Shown piece after piece: positions 7,960-17,040 of a stretch of DNA of 64,000 bases. Each line of letters opens with the position of its first letter. Positions within the stretch are counted from its first letter, which is position 1. The stretch comes from Steroidobacteraceae bacterium (GTDB taxonomy: Bacteria; Pseudomonadota; Gammaproteobacteria; Steroidobacterales; Steroidobacteraceae). The translations under genes were made by a program, and so were the position numbers. The notes under the pieces are model-generated. The model was given only the letters and a program-made list of their open reading frames with translations, was not told where the DNA came from and did not search any database. The stretch spans positions 101,632 to 165,631 of the forward strand of contig DATAXJ010000025.1 in NCBI GenBank assembly GCA_036266795.1. The letters run 5' to 3'.

Positions 7960-10131
7960 TCAGTGACAGGTGAGTTTGCCGTCTTTGTACTCGCAGTCAT
8001 CGGGTGGGCCGTATCTCTCGTAATAGGGAAGCGCTCCACGGCGAGCAATGTACGCTTGAAATCGCGGATCCTCCCGAAACTTCCGCCACTCCGGCTGCCA
8101 CGGACACGATTCGCCACCGATTAATCCGGCGGGCGCCTCGTCAAGGCACTGATTTGCCAAAGCATACGCCGCGTCCAGGTCACCCAGCAGCACGTAGGCC
8201 CGCACGCCGTTGTAGCCGCATTGATCTGCCCCTTGCCGAGTCAGCGTGCGGCCCGGGGGATATAGCCGCGTGCGCGCTACCAGCGCCGCTGCCCGCTTGG
8301 TGGGGTTGCCGGGATCGGCAATTGCCGCCAGCACCAGCCGGTTCAGTTCCTGGGCCGGTGCGACGTCGGTTTCGGGTTGGTTGGGGCTGAGCAAGAAGCT
8401 GTCACGCAAGTACACGGCATACCGCCCGGCGCGTACCGATGCCAAACCACGGATGTCTCCCAATGTCGGGTTGTCTTTAGGCACACCGAGCGCCACTGCC
8501 AGTTGTTCGTAGTTGAGCGCCTCGCTGTCCAGGTCGGCCCACGAATGCACCGTGCCTGCAAACATCACCACCGTAGGGATGGCTGGCGCCAATGCGTAGG
8601 CTTCGCGCATTTCCTGCACCGCTTCGCGCATGTGCCCAAGGTAGGCTTGCACCTGCGCATGAGTGAACCGGAGCAAGGCGTCATTGGGATCCAGCATTTC
8701 GGCTTTCCGATCGTGTTCCTCGGCACCCACCATGTCGCGGCGCAGAAAGGCGATCACGCCCAGGTTAGACTCCGCCTGGGCGGAATTGGGATCGAGCTTC
8801 AGCGCGTGCTGGTCGGCTTGCTCGGCGGCGAGTATATGTGACTGCAAAGAGTCGTAGTGCCAGAGCGCCAGGTGCGCCGTCGCGATTCCGGCGTAGGCTC
8901 GAGCGTAGCTGGAGTCGCGAGCGATCGCTCGCTGGAAGAAATCCAGCGCGCTTTCGGCATCGGGCGTCCCCTCGTCGTTCAGCATCGCGAGCCCCTGCAA
9001 AGTCAGCCGGTACGCGCCTACGTCACGGGTCGGTGGCGCAATTACGACGGAGTCTGGCGGTCGTCCGCTCTTATCGACCTTCATCACGGTGAGGACTTCA
9101 TTGCTGACATCGTCATAAAGCTTGAACAGGTTCGCGAACTTCTCTTCGAAGTTCTGCGAGACGGTAACCTCGCCAGTGGCGCCATCGACAAGCTGCACGT
9201 TGACGCGCACCAAATCCCCTCCTTTTTGGACTGTTCCCTCCAGAATCTTGGCGACTCGAAGCTCACTCGCGATCTTTCTGACATCTTCCGCCCGACCCTT
9301 GTAGGCAAATGAGCTGGTTTTCGACCGCACCTGAAGGGCCGTCACCCTTGACAAGGAATTGATCAGCTCCTCCGCTATTCCATCACCCCAGTAGTCCAGG
9401 TCTTTCTCGCCCGTTTGGTTGTCGAACGGCAGCACCGCAATCGAGGCTTTCGCTATTGAGTCTGGCGTCGTCGCAGCACGAGATGCCCGGGCTGGTTTGA
9501 CTACCATGGCTGGCCCCTGAGAACCAGCCGCTCGGCTCGTTATAGAGGCAGGCGATTTCTGTGAGTTCCCGATGAGCCAAGCCGCGAGGCCGAGGGCAAC
9601 CGCGAGCACTGCGGCAGCGATCACCGTCACCCAGCGCCAGGGCCGTCCCGGGATGCGCCCTGCGCTCGGAGCGATCGGGCTGACAGGGGCGGCGGCCTCG
9701 ATCGCGGCGGCCTCGATCGCGGAGGCCTGGAGTTCGGTCGTCGGGAGCGCGAGCGCGGGGGGCATCTGGCCGCGCAAGTCCAGCTCGAGGTGTGAGTGCG
9801 GCACAACACGCACGGGAGCGATGAACTTGAAGCCCCGACCGGGTACGGTGAGGATGAAGCGGCGCTCGCCTGCCGTCTCGCCGAGCACCTTCCGCAAGGT
9901 CACGATGCACTGGTTGAGGTTGTTCTCCTCGACCACCGCTCGCGGCCAGACCGCTGCCATCAATGCGGACTTCTCGACGAGCTCTCCGGCGCGCCCTACA
10001 AGCTGCAACAGTACTTCGAAGGCCCTGGACGGCAGGGCTATCGGCACCCCCTCGCGCGACATCAGCACGTGCAATGCCGTGTCGAGGTGAAAGCCGCCGA
10101 ACTCGTAGTCTGGTGCGCTACTGTCGTCCAT
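7960..10131 (-). CDS. Membrane-anchored winged-helix (OmpR/CadC-type) transcriptional regulator with periplasmic TolB-like and TPR region
   Basis: 723 aa; N-terminal YEFGGFHLD...LLQLV...G.LV.K..L...VW......ENNLNQCIVTLRKVLGE...FI.TVPGRGFKF; one TM segment (WRWVTVIAAAVLAVALGLAAWLI); then IAVLPFDN... and TPR-like repeats. Confidence 0.8.
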   Translation of the reverse strand: MDDSSAPDYEFGGFHLDTALHVLMSREGVPIALPSRAFEVLLQLVGRAGELVEKSALMAAVWPRAVVEENNLNQCIVTLRKVLGETAGERRFILTVPGRGFKFIAPVRVVPHSHLELDLRGQMPPALALPTTELQASAIEAAAIEAAAPVSPIAPSAGRIPGRPWRWVTVIAAAVLAVALGLAAWLIGNSQKSPASITSRAAGSQGPAMVVKPARASRAATTPDSIAKASIAVLPFDNQTGEKDLDYWGDGIAEELINSLSRVTALQVRSKTSSFAYKGRAEDVRKIASELRVAKILEGTVQKGGDLVRVNVQLVDGATGEVTVSQNFEEKFANLFKLYDDVSNEVLTVMKVDKSGRPPDSVVIAPPTRDVGAYRLTLQGLAMLNDEGTPDAESALDFFQRAIARDSSYARAYAGIATAHLALWHYDSLQSHILAAEQADQHALKLDPNSAQAESNLGVIAFLRRDMVGAEEHDRKAEMLDPNDALLRFTHAQVQAYLGHMREAVQEMREAYALAPAIPTVVMFAGTVHSWADLDSEALNYEQLAVALGVPKDNPTLGDIRGLASVRAGRYAVYLRDSFLLSPNQPETDVAPAQELNRLVLAAIADPGNPTKRAAALVARTRLYPPGRTLTRQGADQCGYNGVRAYVLLGDLDAAYALANQCLDEAPAGLIGGESCPWQPEWRKFREDPRFQAYIARRGALPYYERYGPPDDCEYKDGKLTCH

Positions 10132-10146
10132 AGTCCGGGGCCGTTG

Positions 10147-10176
10147 AGGTCGTGCTCCAGCAGGTCGTGCTCTAGC
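10147..10176. repeat. Tandem 15-bp direct repeat AGGTCGTGCTC(C/T)AGC x2 just upstream of the CadC-like gene start
   Basis: 10147-10161 and 10162-10176 differ at one base. They lie in the divergent region between the regulator (start 10131) and the urcA-like gene. Confidence 0.6.
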
Positions 10177-10408
10177 CTATTGCCATTTTATCGAGGCGTA
10201 GACCCTTTGACGATCCTGGTAAGCCCTAGGGTTGTGCGGAGGACTCCGGGAGGCTGTTCGGCGCCTTCATACCGCGCCTCACAGATTCTCATAACGTCTC
10301 ACGGGCTCGCCCAAGCTTCCTCATAGCCAAAGCGTGAATCTCGCTTCACGCCGCGATCGGGAAATCCTTTCCCTCGAGGCGCTCGACACCACCAACCAGG
10401 AGATTCAC

Positions 10409-10753
10409 ATGAAAACCAAGCTCAACATGACCGTCGGCTTCACCGTTCTGGCAATCGCGCTCGCCTTCAGCAGCGGCGTGTTCGCAGAGAGCCCCAGCTT
10501 CGTCAATTCCGCCAGCAAGACCGTGCACTACCAGGACCTGAATCTATCCACCCCGAAAGGAATCCAGGTTCTGTATCGACGCCTCCAGGTTGTCGCCGCC
10601 TCGGAGTGTGCACAGGTGGCGAGCGACCCGTACTACGCCTACCTGGAATGCACCCAGGCTGCTATGGATGCCGCGGTCCGGGCGGTGGGCAACGCCGATC
10701 TTACCGCAATGCACCACGGAATGAAGCGCAGAGCGTTGGTTGCCGCTCGTTAG
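10409..10753 (+). CDS. UrcA family secreted protein
   Basis: Start chosen at MKTKLNMTVGF... (AGGAG 7-12 nt upstream). Signal peptide, then VHYQDLNLSTPKGIQVLYRRLQVVAASEC, typical of UrcA-like proteins. Confidence 0.7.
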   Translation: MKTKLNMTVGFTVLAIALAFSSGVFAESPSFVNSASKTVHYQDLNLSTPKGIQVLYRRLQVVAASECAQVASDPYYAYLECTQAAMDAAVRAVGNADLTAMHHGMKRRALVAAR

Positions 10754-10768
10754 AGTTCCACATTGTGC

Positions 10769-10804
10769 GACGGCGGGCGGCGGTAATGCTGCCCGCCGTC
10801 TTCT
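10769..10804 (+). terminator. GC-rich hairpin downstream of the urcA-like gene
   Basis: GACGGCGGGC (10769-10778) pairs with GCCCGCCGTC (10791-10800), 12-nt loop, followed by TTCTG. The T-tract is weak. Confidence 0.5.
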
Positions 10805-10875
10805 GCGTCCCCGCGCGGACCGGTGCGTTCGGTATCTCATCTTCTACGACGCCTTCTCGACCTCCGGTAACCCTC

Positions 10876-10958
10876 AGATTTAAACGACACCCCGCACGAG
10901 TGATCGGGGCAATACCCATCCGGATTCTTCGCCAGATACTGCTGGTGATAGTCGGCGC
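10876..10958 (-). repeat. msrA 3'-end copy A (truncated; putative original attB-derived gene end)
   Basis: Encodes ...[38 protein letters not shown]. The 46-bp core 10890-10935 is identical to 16972-17017 and 18751-18796. Confidence 0.85.
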
Positions 10959-11396
10959 TTAAGGCGAGGCGTTTTGTCAAGTTAAATTAGTAGCTTACAT
11001 AACTGTTGTCCAGTGCTCGATAGACTTTCGGTAGACGTCGCCGCCGATCCATCGGTAGACCAGCATGGATCGCGAGTTCTGCGCAGACATGGTTTTTTTG
11101 CGTGTCCGAACCGGAACACGACGCGTCGCGGAGTAACGCCGAATATGCACTGTTCGCAGTGTGATGCTTGATGGTCGTGCCCCGATCCGTGCATGTCCGC
11201 GTATGATCCCTAGCGGTTCCGAGGGGGAGAATGTTGTTCCCGCCACAGCAGTCGCGCCACCCACTGTGAATTCGACGGTTCAATAGGCTGAGAGACCTGC
11301 AGGCGATCGCGTTCATCCCCTGTGGCAGGAATTGACATAACCACGCTGTGCCACCCGTAGTCCGCCCGCCATTGATCCGGGTATGATCTGGCGCAA

Positions 11397-12743
11397 ATGA
11401 AAATCGTGAATAGGGTTGTTCACGTCACGCAAAGCGATGCAGGGACGTGGTTGGAAAGAGTCGAACGGGCGCTCTGTGCAGCTTCACATTCGCACCGTTT
11501 GCCCGTGCGCTCCGCCATCTGCGAAGTCAATGATCGCGAGGCTCTGGCGGATGCGACCTTCGTGGAGTGGGATGCGGACGAACCGTGCGGCGAGCTGCTC
11601 GCTCGACTGCAGGTCAGCGCGCCGCGTCGTAAGTCCCACCAGGAAGGCAGGTTTGCCGTCGTGCAGATCGTTCCGACGGGCGTGCGCTGCGAGATCGGCG
11701 GCTTTGCCGGCGATGCCTGTCCGGCGACCAACCTGCTCGCGGCCAGCGCCGACTTACTGATCACTCACCCGAACGCCGTCAATGCTTCCGAGCTCAACGA
11801 GATGGCGGCCAACGTGCTGTATGTCGAAGGCAGGAGCCTCGACGATCTGATGCTCGGTCAGCTCGGGCTAGCCCCGAGTCGGGCCAATCGCATCGGCACG
11901 TTCATCGACCCAACTGGCGCGGCATACTTGGACGACGTCGTGCATGCGCTCAATGCTGCGCGTGCCACCGGCGGCATCGATTGTGGGCTTCACAGCGTCG
12001 GGCGCGAGGATTTCGGTGTCGCAATCGATTGGTCGGCGCATGGTTGTGCTGTCGGCACCGTACGGCACCCCGACGTCATCCTCGAAGTAGTCGGCCACCT
12101 GCTGAGCCAGGGCGCCGAGGCCATCGGCGGTGTATCCGTCATCCACGGCGTGAGTGCGCAGCAGTTCTCCAGCCACCTCGAAGGCAAGCTGCCCAACCCC
12201 TCCGGAGGCATCGAGGCCATCATCACGCACCTGATATCCAGGGTGTTTCGCATCCCCACGGCCCATGCGCCATTGCCGTACTATCAGGCAATCAAGCAGC
12301 GTGGCACGCACAATCCGCGCGCCTCGGCGGAGTTCATCTCGACTCCGCATTACTTTTGCGTTCTCAAGGGGCTGGCACGCGCTCCGCGGCTGGTGCCCCT
12401 GGAGGACCTGCAGCGCGTCCCCAGCCATCTGATCAGTCTCAACAACGTCGGCGCCGTGGTAGCGCCCGCATCCTGCCTTGGGGGCACTGCGGTGCTGGCC
12501 GCCGACTTCAACGCGATCCCCATCATCGCGGTCCGGGAAAACGGTTCGGTCCTGGACGTCTCGAACGAGCGCATGGGCCTGCGAAACGTCATCGAGGTGG
12601 CCTCCTATCCCGAGGCGGCGGGCGTCGTGCTGGCCTTGCGCAAAGGCATATCGCTGGAAAGCGTACGCCGTCCCCTGGGTCGCGCGCTGCACGCGGATAT
12701 TGCGTCCGTGGCACACCTGTGGGGAGCTGCTGCCGCGCTGTGA
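11397..12743 (+). CDS. DUF3326-like protein (function unknown), translationally coupled to the NRPS
   Basis: 448 aa; motifs VQIVPTGVRCEIGGFAGDA and LITHPNAVNASELNEM match my recollection of DUF3326. Alternative start GTG 11661 (GGAAGG upstream) would give about 360 aa, the usual family length. Stop TGA 12741-12743 overlaps the NRPS GTG at 12740. Confidence 0.65.
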   Translation: MKIVNRVVHVTQSDAGTWLERVERALCAASHSHRLPVRSAICEVNDREALADATFVEWDADEPCGELLARLQVSAPRRKSHQEGRFAVVQIVPTGVRCEIGGFAGDACPATNLLAASADLLITHPNAVNASELNEMAANVLYVEGRSLDDLMLGQLGLAPSRANRIGTFIDPTGAAYLDDVVHALNAARATGGIDCGLHSVGREDFGVAIDWSAHGCAVGTVRHPDVILEVVGHLLSQGAEAIGGVSVIHGVSAQQFSSHLEGKLPNPSGGIEAIITHLISRVFRIPTAHAPLPYYQAIKQRGTHNPRASAEFISTPHYFCVLKGLARAPRLVPLEDLQRVPSHLISLNNVGAVVAPASCLGGTAVLAADFNAIPIIAVRENGSVLDVSNERMGLRNVIEVASYPEAAGVVLALRKGISLESVRRPLGRALHADIASVAHLWGAAAAL

Positions 12744-15700
12744 CCGTGACGCCGGAGAGTGCTTCGCCAGCGGCGGTTGATGAGCTGTTGGCGCGGTCCA
12801 ACCTGACAGCGCGGCAACTGCTGATCTACGCCGGCCAACGGCTCAGCCCCGACATCCTGTTGTACGATGCAGTCTATGCGGTGAGCTGGCCGGACCTGGC
12901 GCTGCCGCGTTTTCGTTTGGCGTGGCAGCAGCTACTCGACACGTGCGATGCCCTGCGGACCATCGTCGAGGAAGTCGATGGCATCCCGCGGCAGCGCGTA
13001 CTCAACCCCTACCCTTTGGAGGTCGAATACGTCGAGCTTCCACGGGCCGAGGGCAGCGACGCACCGCTCGAGTGCTACCTGCAGTCCCGCCTGGAGCGCC
13101 CGCTGGTCCTGCAACAACGCGCGTTCGACACCGCCGTAATCCGCACCTCGGCGCACCAGCATGTCTGGTATCTGAACCTGCACCATGTCATTGCCGATGC
13201 CGCGGCCGCCGAGCTGCTGATCGAGCGGCTGTACCGAATCTACCACGAGGAACCGGGTGCACTCGCGCTCGCGCCACTGCCGTCGTTCATGGACCAGGTT
13301 GCCCGGCGACGCTCCGCGCTCACCGATGCCACCCACCGCGATGACACATGCTATTGGCGACAGCGACTCGCCGGTCTGCCCGCGCCCACGCCGCCCTACG
13401 GAATCACTGCGATCGGAGCCCGCCAGGAACGCGTGCTGATCCAGCTCGACGAGCAACGCGGTCGCGCCATCGCGGCGCTCGCACGCACCATGTTCGGCGA
13501 CGGCCTTGGGGAGCACGCCGCTGCCTCCAATCTGTTCTGCGCGGCGTTTGCCATGTTTCTTACTCGCGTCAGCGGCAGCCGACAGGTCACGATCGGCTCG
13601 ACTGCCCACAACCGCCGCAACGAGACCGAGCGACGGACGATCGGACTGCTGATGGAGGTGCTACCGCTCGCGCTGACGCTGGATGCCGAGGACGGCCTCG
13701 CGCAAGTCATGCGCCAAGCCGCCAGCGTGACGCGCGAGGCGCTGCATCATCGCGGCTACAGCGTGCCCAATTCGAGCCGCAGCCCCCACTATCTGGCGCT
13801 GATCAACTATATGCGTCCGCTGGTGACGACCCCGCCCGGACTGACCGTACGACGCATCCATCCAGGCCATGGGGCACACGCGCTGGCACTGAGCATTTCC
13901 CCGCCCCGCGAGGGTCACGCGTGGCAGCTGTGGCTCGACGTGAATGCCATCCTGGCGCAAAGTATCGGAGCGGAGCGAATCGCAGCGCAGTTCCGCATGT
14001 TGCTCGAGGCCGCGGTGGCTGACCCTCAGCGGTCTCTGGCATGCCTTCCCCTGCTCGCAGCCGGCGAAGTACACCGTATCCGTAGCCTGTGCTACGGCCC
14101 GCACCTGGCGGCCGGATTACGCGAGTGCGGCTGCCATAAGGCGTTCGAGCTTCAGGTGACTCGCAGGCCCGAGGCCACTGCCGTGGCTTTCGGAGGGGGT
14201 ACGGAGAGCTACACCCAGCTAAACCGGCGCGCCAATCGCTTGGCCCATGAGCTGATGGGCCGGGGTATCGGCCGTGGCGCGCTGGTTGGCATTCATCTGG
14301 AACGCTCGCTGGAGATGATCGTCGCGGTGCTGGCGGTGCTGAAGAGCGGCGCCGCCTATCTGCCGCTCGATCCGGCCTATCCGGCCACGCGGCTGCAGCA
14401 CATGCTGGAAGAGACCGACGCCGCAATCATCATCACGGATCAAACTCTGGCGGCTCAGCTCACTCCAGCGGCCAGGCCCATACTGCTACTGCCGCTGCCT
14501 GAAACCGCGTCGCTGGATGTTGCCGATCCCGGCGTGAATATACGTCGAGCGGATCCGGCGTACGTCATGTACACGTCGGGCTCCACGGGCACACCCAAGG
14601 GTGTCATGGTCACGCACGGTGGCGTCGTGAACTACCTCGAGTGGCGCAACAGTTACTTCCCGCTCACGCCTACCGACCGGTGTCTGCATAAGGCGTCGTT
14701 GAGCTTCGACGACTCGGTCTGGGAGATACTCGAGCCTCTGGGAGCCGGTGCATGCATCGTCCTGGCACGCCCGCACTTCGAATACGACGGCGCCTATCTG
14801 GCCGCGCTGATGGCGGGGCAACAGGTGAGCGCGGCGTGTCTCGTGCCCACGCTGCTGCGCGCCTTCATCGAGGAGCCGCAGACAGCATCCTGCGTCTCGC
14901 TGCGCCGCCTGACCACGGGAGGCGAGACACTCAGCGTGGCACTGCAGCGGCGCGTACTCGAGCGGCTGCCTTCTGTGAAACTCTACAACGGCTACGGCGC
15001 CACCGAGACCACGATCGCATCCTCGTTCTGGCAGTGTGCGGATGATCGGCGGGCGTCGGTGCCCATCGGCCGGCCCATCGCCAACACCACGATCTACGTC
15101 CTGGATGATGCTGGACAGCTGCTGCCGATCGGCGTGCCAGGCGAGCTGTATGTCGGCGGTGCCGGTGTGGCCGCCGGCTATCTGCGCCAGCCGGCGCTGA
15201 CCGCGGCGCGCTTCACCGCCGCAACCGCGGCCGCGCCCGGCGAGCGCCTGTATCGGACCGGTGATCGCGGACGGTTGCGCGACGATGGTGTGTTGGAATT
15301 TCTCGGGCGGGTCGACGAGCAGGTCAAGATCAACGGCGTACGTGTCGAACCGGGTGAAGTGGAAGCCCACCTGTTGAGCCATGCGCTGGTGCGCGCCGCG
15401 GCGGTCGTCTGTCATGAACCGCAGCCCGGGAGCAAGCGGTTGGTGGCGTACGTCGTACCGGCGCATGCCAGCGCCCTCTCGGCCGCAGAGCTGCGCCGTT
15501 ACCTGCGCACCTGCCTGTCACCCTCGCTGGTTCCTGGCCGCTATGTGCTGATCGACGCATTGCCGAGCACTCCGAGCGGCAAGCTCGACCGCAACGCCCT
15601 TGCGACTGCAACGGCATCGCTGCCCGAGCTGACCGCCAGCGTTGACCCGCGTGACGCCATCGAGCGGCAGCTACTGGAAATCTGGCAGGCGATGCTCGAT

Positions 15701-16666
15701 GTGCGCCCCATCGGCGTCCAAGATGACTTTTTCGACCTCGGTGGCCACTCGTTGCTGGCCGTGCAGCTGGCCGCGGCGATCGCCCGGCAGTTCAAGCGTC
15801 ATCTGCCGCCGGGATTGCTATTCGAGGCACCGACCATCGAGGCGCTCGCGCTGCGTCTGGCCGCACCGCAATCGAGCACCACGCCCTCAATCCTGGTAAA
15901 GCTCCGGGCCGAGGGCGATCGGGTGCCGCTCTTCTGCATCCATCACGTGCGCGGCAACGTCAATTGCTATCGTGAGCTGACGGATCTGCTCGTAACGGAG
16001 CAACCGGTGTATGGCCTCGAAGTCAGCGGCGGCGCAGTTGCTGACGGTGTCACCATCGAGACGCTCGCAGCCCGGTACGTCGAGGAAGTGCTCGCATGCC
16101 AGCCAGTCGGGCCGTATGCCATCGCCGGCTACTCGGCCGGTGGATTGATCGCCTACGAGATGGCGCGTCTGCTGGTGGCGAGAGAGCGAACGGTGGCACT
16201 GCTGGCTATCCTGGATACCGATGCGGGCACCCGCGCCAGGCGCGTCGTGATCGATCCGCTGCGTTTTCACCTCGATAATCTCGCGCGCCTTGGGCCTCTG
16301 GAGGCCATAGGCTATCTCTGGCACAAGATCTGCGCCCGTTGGCGCACACGCGCCGGCGCCGCAAAACCTGCAGCGCCGGCTGACACGCCAGGCGATCCGC
16401 TGATGGCAGCGTTGGACCACGCCGTCGAGCGCTACCGTCCACGGGAATACGCCGGCGGCGTCATGCTGTTTCGCGCCACCGATCGACGAGTCACACGCAC
16501 CTACGCCCGGACACTTGGGTGGCGTGCACTGGCCGGCGGCGGCGTTCGCGTCATCGACATCCCCGGCGACCACCGCACCATCGTGCAGACTGGCCCCGTG
16601 CGTATGCTCTCGAGCCGACTCAGTGAGTGCCTTGCCCGGATCAATGCATCTTCGACGCCGACTTAG
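12740..16666 (+). CDS. Single-module non-ribosomal peptide synthetase, C-A-T-TE
   Basis: C domain with HHVIADA (13181-13201). A domain with YVMYTSGSTGTPKGV, SFDDSVWE, NGYGATETT, YRTGDRGR..DG.LEFLGRVDEQVKINGVRVEPGEVE, PSGKLDR. PCP FFDLGGHSLLAVQL (Ser codon 15749-15751). TE GYSAGG (Ser 16133-16135) and GDHRTI. The first 253 codons of ORF 11981..16666 overlap the DUF3326-like gene and were rejected. Confidence 0.9.
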   Translation: MTVTPESASPAAVDELLARSNLTARQLLIYAGQRLSPDILLYDAVYAVSWPDLALPRFRLAWQQLLDTCDALRTIVEEVDGIPRQRVLNPYPLEVEYVELPRAEGSDAPLECYLQSRLERPLVLQQRAFDTAVIRTSAHQHVWYLNLHHVIADAAAAELLIERLYRIYHEEPGALALAPLPSFMDQVARRRSALTDATHRDDTCYWRQRLAGLPAPTPPYGITAIGARQERVLIQLDEQRGRAIAALARTMFGDGLGEHAAASNLFCAAFAMFLTRVSGSRQVTIGSTAHNRRNETERRTIGLLMEVLPLALTLDAEDGLAQVMRQAASVTREALHHRGYSVPNSSRSPHYLALINYMRPLVTTPPGLTVRRIHPGHGAHALALSISPPREGHAWQLWLDVNAILAQSIGAERIAAQFRMLLEAAVADPQRSLACLPLLAAGEVHRIRSLCYGPHLAAGLRECGCHKAFELQVTRRPEATAVAFGGGTESYTQLNRRANRLAHELMGRGIGRGALVGIHLERSLEMIVAVLAVLKSGAAYLPLDPAYPATRLQHMLEETDAAIIITDQTLAAQLTPAARPILLLPLPETASLDVADPGVNIRRADPAYVMYTSGSTGTPKGVMVTHGGVVNYLEWRNSYFPLTPTDRCLHKASLSFDDSVWEILEPLGAGACIVLARPHFEYDGAYLAALMAGQQVSAACLVPTLLRAFIEEPQTASCVSLRRLTTGGETLSVALQRRVLERLPSVKLYNGYGATETTIASSFWQCADDRRASVPIGRPIANTTIYVLDDAGQLLPIGVPGELYVGGAGVAAGYLRQPALTAARFTAATAAAPGERLYRTGDRGRLRDDGVLEFLGRVDEQVKINGVRVEPGEVEAHLLSHALVRAAAVVCHEPQPGSKRLVAYVVPAHASALSAAELRRYLRTCLSPSLVPGRYVLIDALPSTPSGKLDRNALATATASLPELTASVDPRDAIERQLLEIWQAMLDVRPIGVQDDFFDLGGHSLLAVQLAAAIARQFKRHLPPGLLFEAPTIEALALRLAAPQSSTTPSILVKLRAEGDRVPLFCIHHVRGNVNCYRELTDLLVTEQPVYGLEVSGGAVADGVTIETLAARYVEEVLACQPVGPYAIAGYSAGGLIAYEMARLLVARERTVALLAILDTDAGTRARRVVIDPLRFHLDNLARLGPLEAIGYLWHKICARWRTRAGAAKPAAPADTPGDPLMAALDHAVERYRPREYAGGVMLFRATDRRVTRTYARTLGWRALAGGGVRVIDIPGDHRTIVQTGPVRMLSSRLSECLARINASSTPT

Positions 16667-16754
16667 GTCTTCGCTGCGCCGACCGCCAACGGTCAGCGTC
16701 TAGCTGAAAAAGTCGGGACGCTGCGTACGGCCAGCAGGTTCCTAAAGGGACGCG

Positions 16755-16838
16755 CGGGAGCCGCAAAGCCCAAAGACCTGATCAAGTATCTCTGGCGGGC
16801 ACCGCACCCTTGCGTACCCTTCGACGGCATGATGACAT
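16755..16838 (+). pseudogene. Remnant of an RHH/HicB-like antitoxin 3' end (paralogous to 17615..17860)
   Basis: Translates ...RAGAAKPKDLIKYLWRAPHPCVPFDGMMT, compared with ...RAGTAKPKDLLKYLRRVPKVAPLDDDRT of the intact antitoxin. No upstream coding part. Confidence 0.45.
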
Positions 16839-16927
16839 CACCGCCGCCAGAACTGCGTCCCGTTTCTCCTATACGCCCAGCATTCTTCCCCGCGGACTTC
16901 CCGCCCGAACCCTCGCTGTAACGATGA

Positions 16928-17040
16928 CTACGTCTTCTCCCCCGGCTCCAACTCCGCGGATTTGAAGCTGACCCCGCACGAGTGATCGGGGCAATACCCA
17001 TCCGGATTCTTCGCCAGGTAATGCTGGTGATAGTCGGCGC
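16928..17040 (-). repeat. msrA 3'-end copy B (truncated, chimeric)
   Basis: Encodes ...[36 protein letters not shown]. The stop-proximal half resembles copy C; the inner boundary (GTGATAGTCGGCGC) resembles copy A. Confidence 0.9.

Larger units (their letters stand above)
10959..16927. mobile_element. Putative integrated island 1 (integrase-less) between msrA 3' copies A and B; cargo is the DUF3326-like plus NRPS pair
   Basis: Bounded by direct repeats of the msrA 3' end. Iterons at the left arm (11018-11060). The right arm is homologous to the island 2 right arm (antitoxin remnant, CATTCTTCCCCGCGGA...CCCGAACC). Confidence 0.5.

Noticed and set aside
9689-9727. Short tandem repeats (here and at 10147-10176 and 39641-39670) as a CRISPR array.
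   Set aside because: Only 2-6 contiguous units are present and there are no spacers. One repeat lies inside a coding region. No cas genes are present.
10960-11396. A small MbtH-like or carrier-protein gene upstream of the NRPS pair.
   Set aside because: The ORFs here (10982..11194, 10987..11316, 10995..11264) lack the MbtH tryptophan pattern and any phosphopantetheine-attachment motif. They also overlap the iteron region.
11981-12739. N-terminal 253 codons of the 1561-aa ORF, considered as part of the NRPS.
   Set aside because: This stretch is Arg/Pro/Gly-rich nonsense that overlaps the DUF3326-like gene in another frame. Recognisable C-domain sequence begins right after the GTG at 12740, which overlaps the upstream stop.
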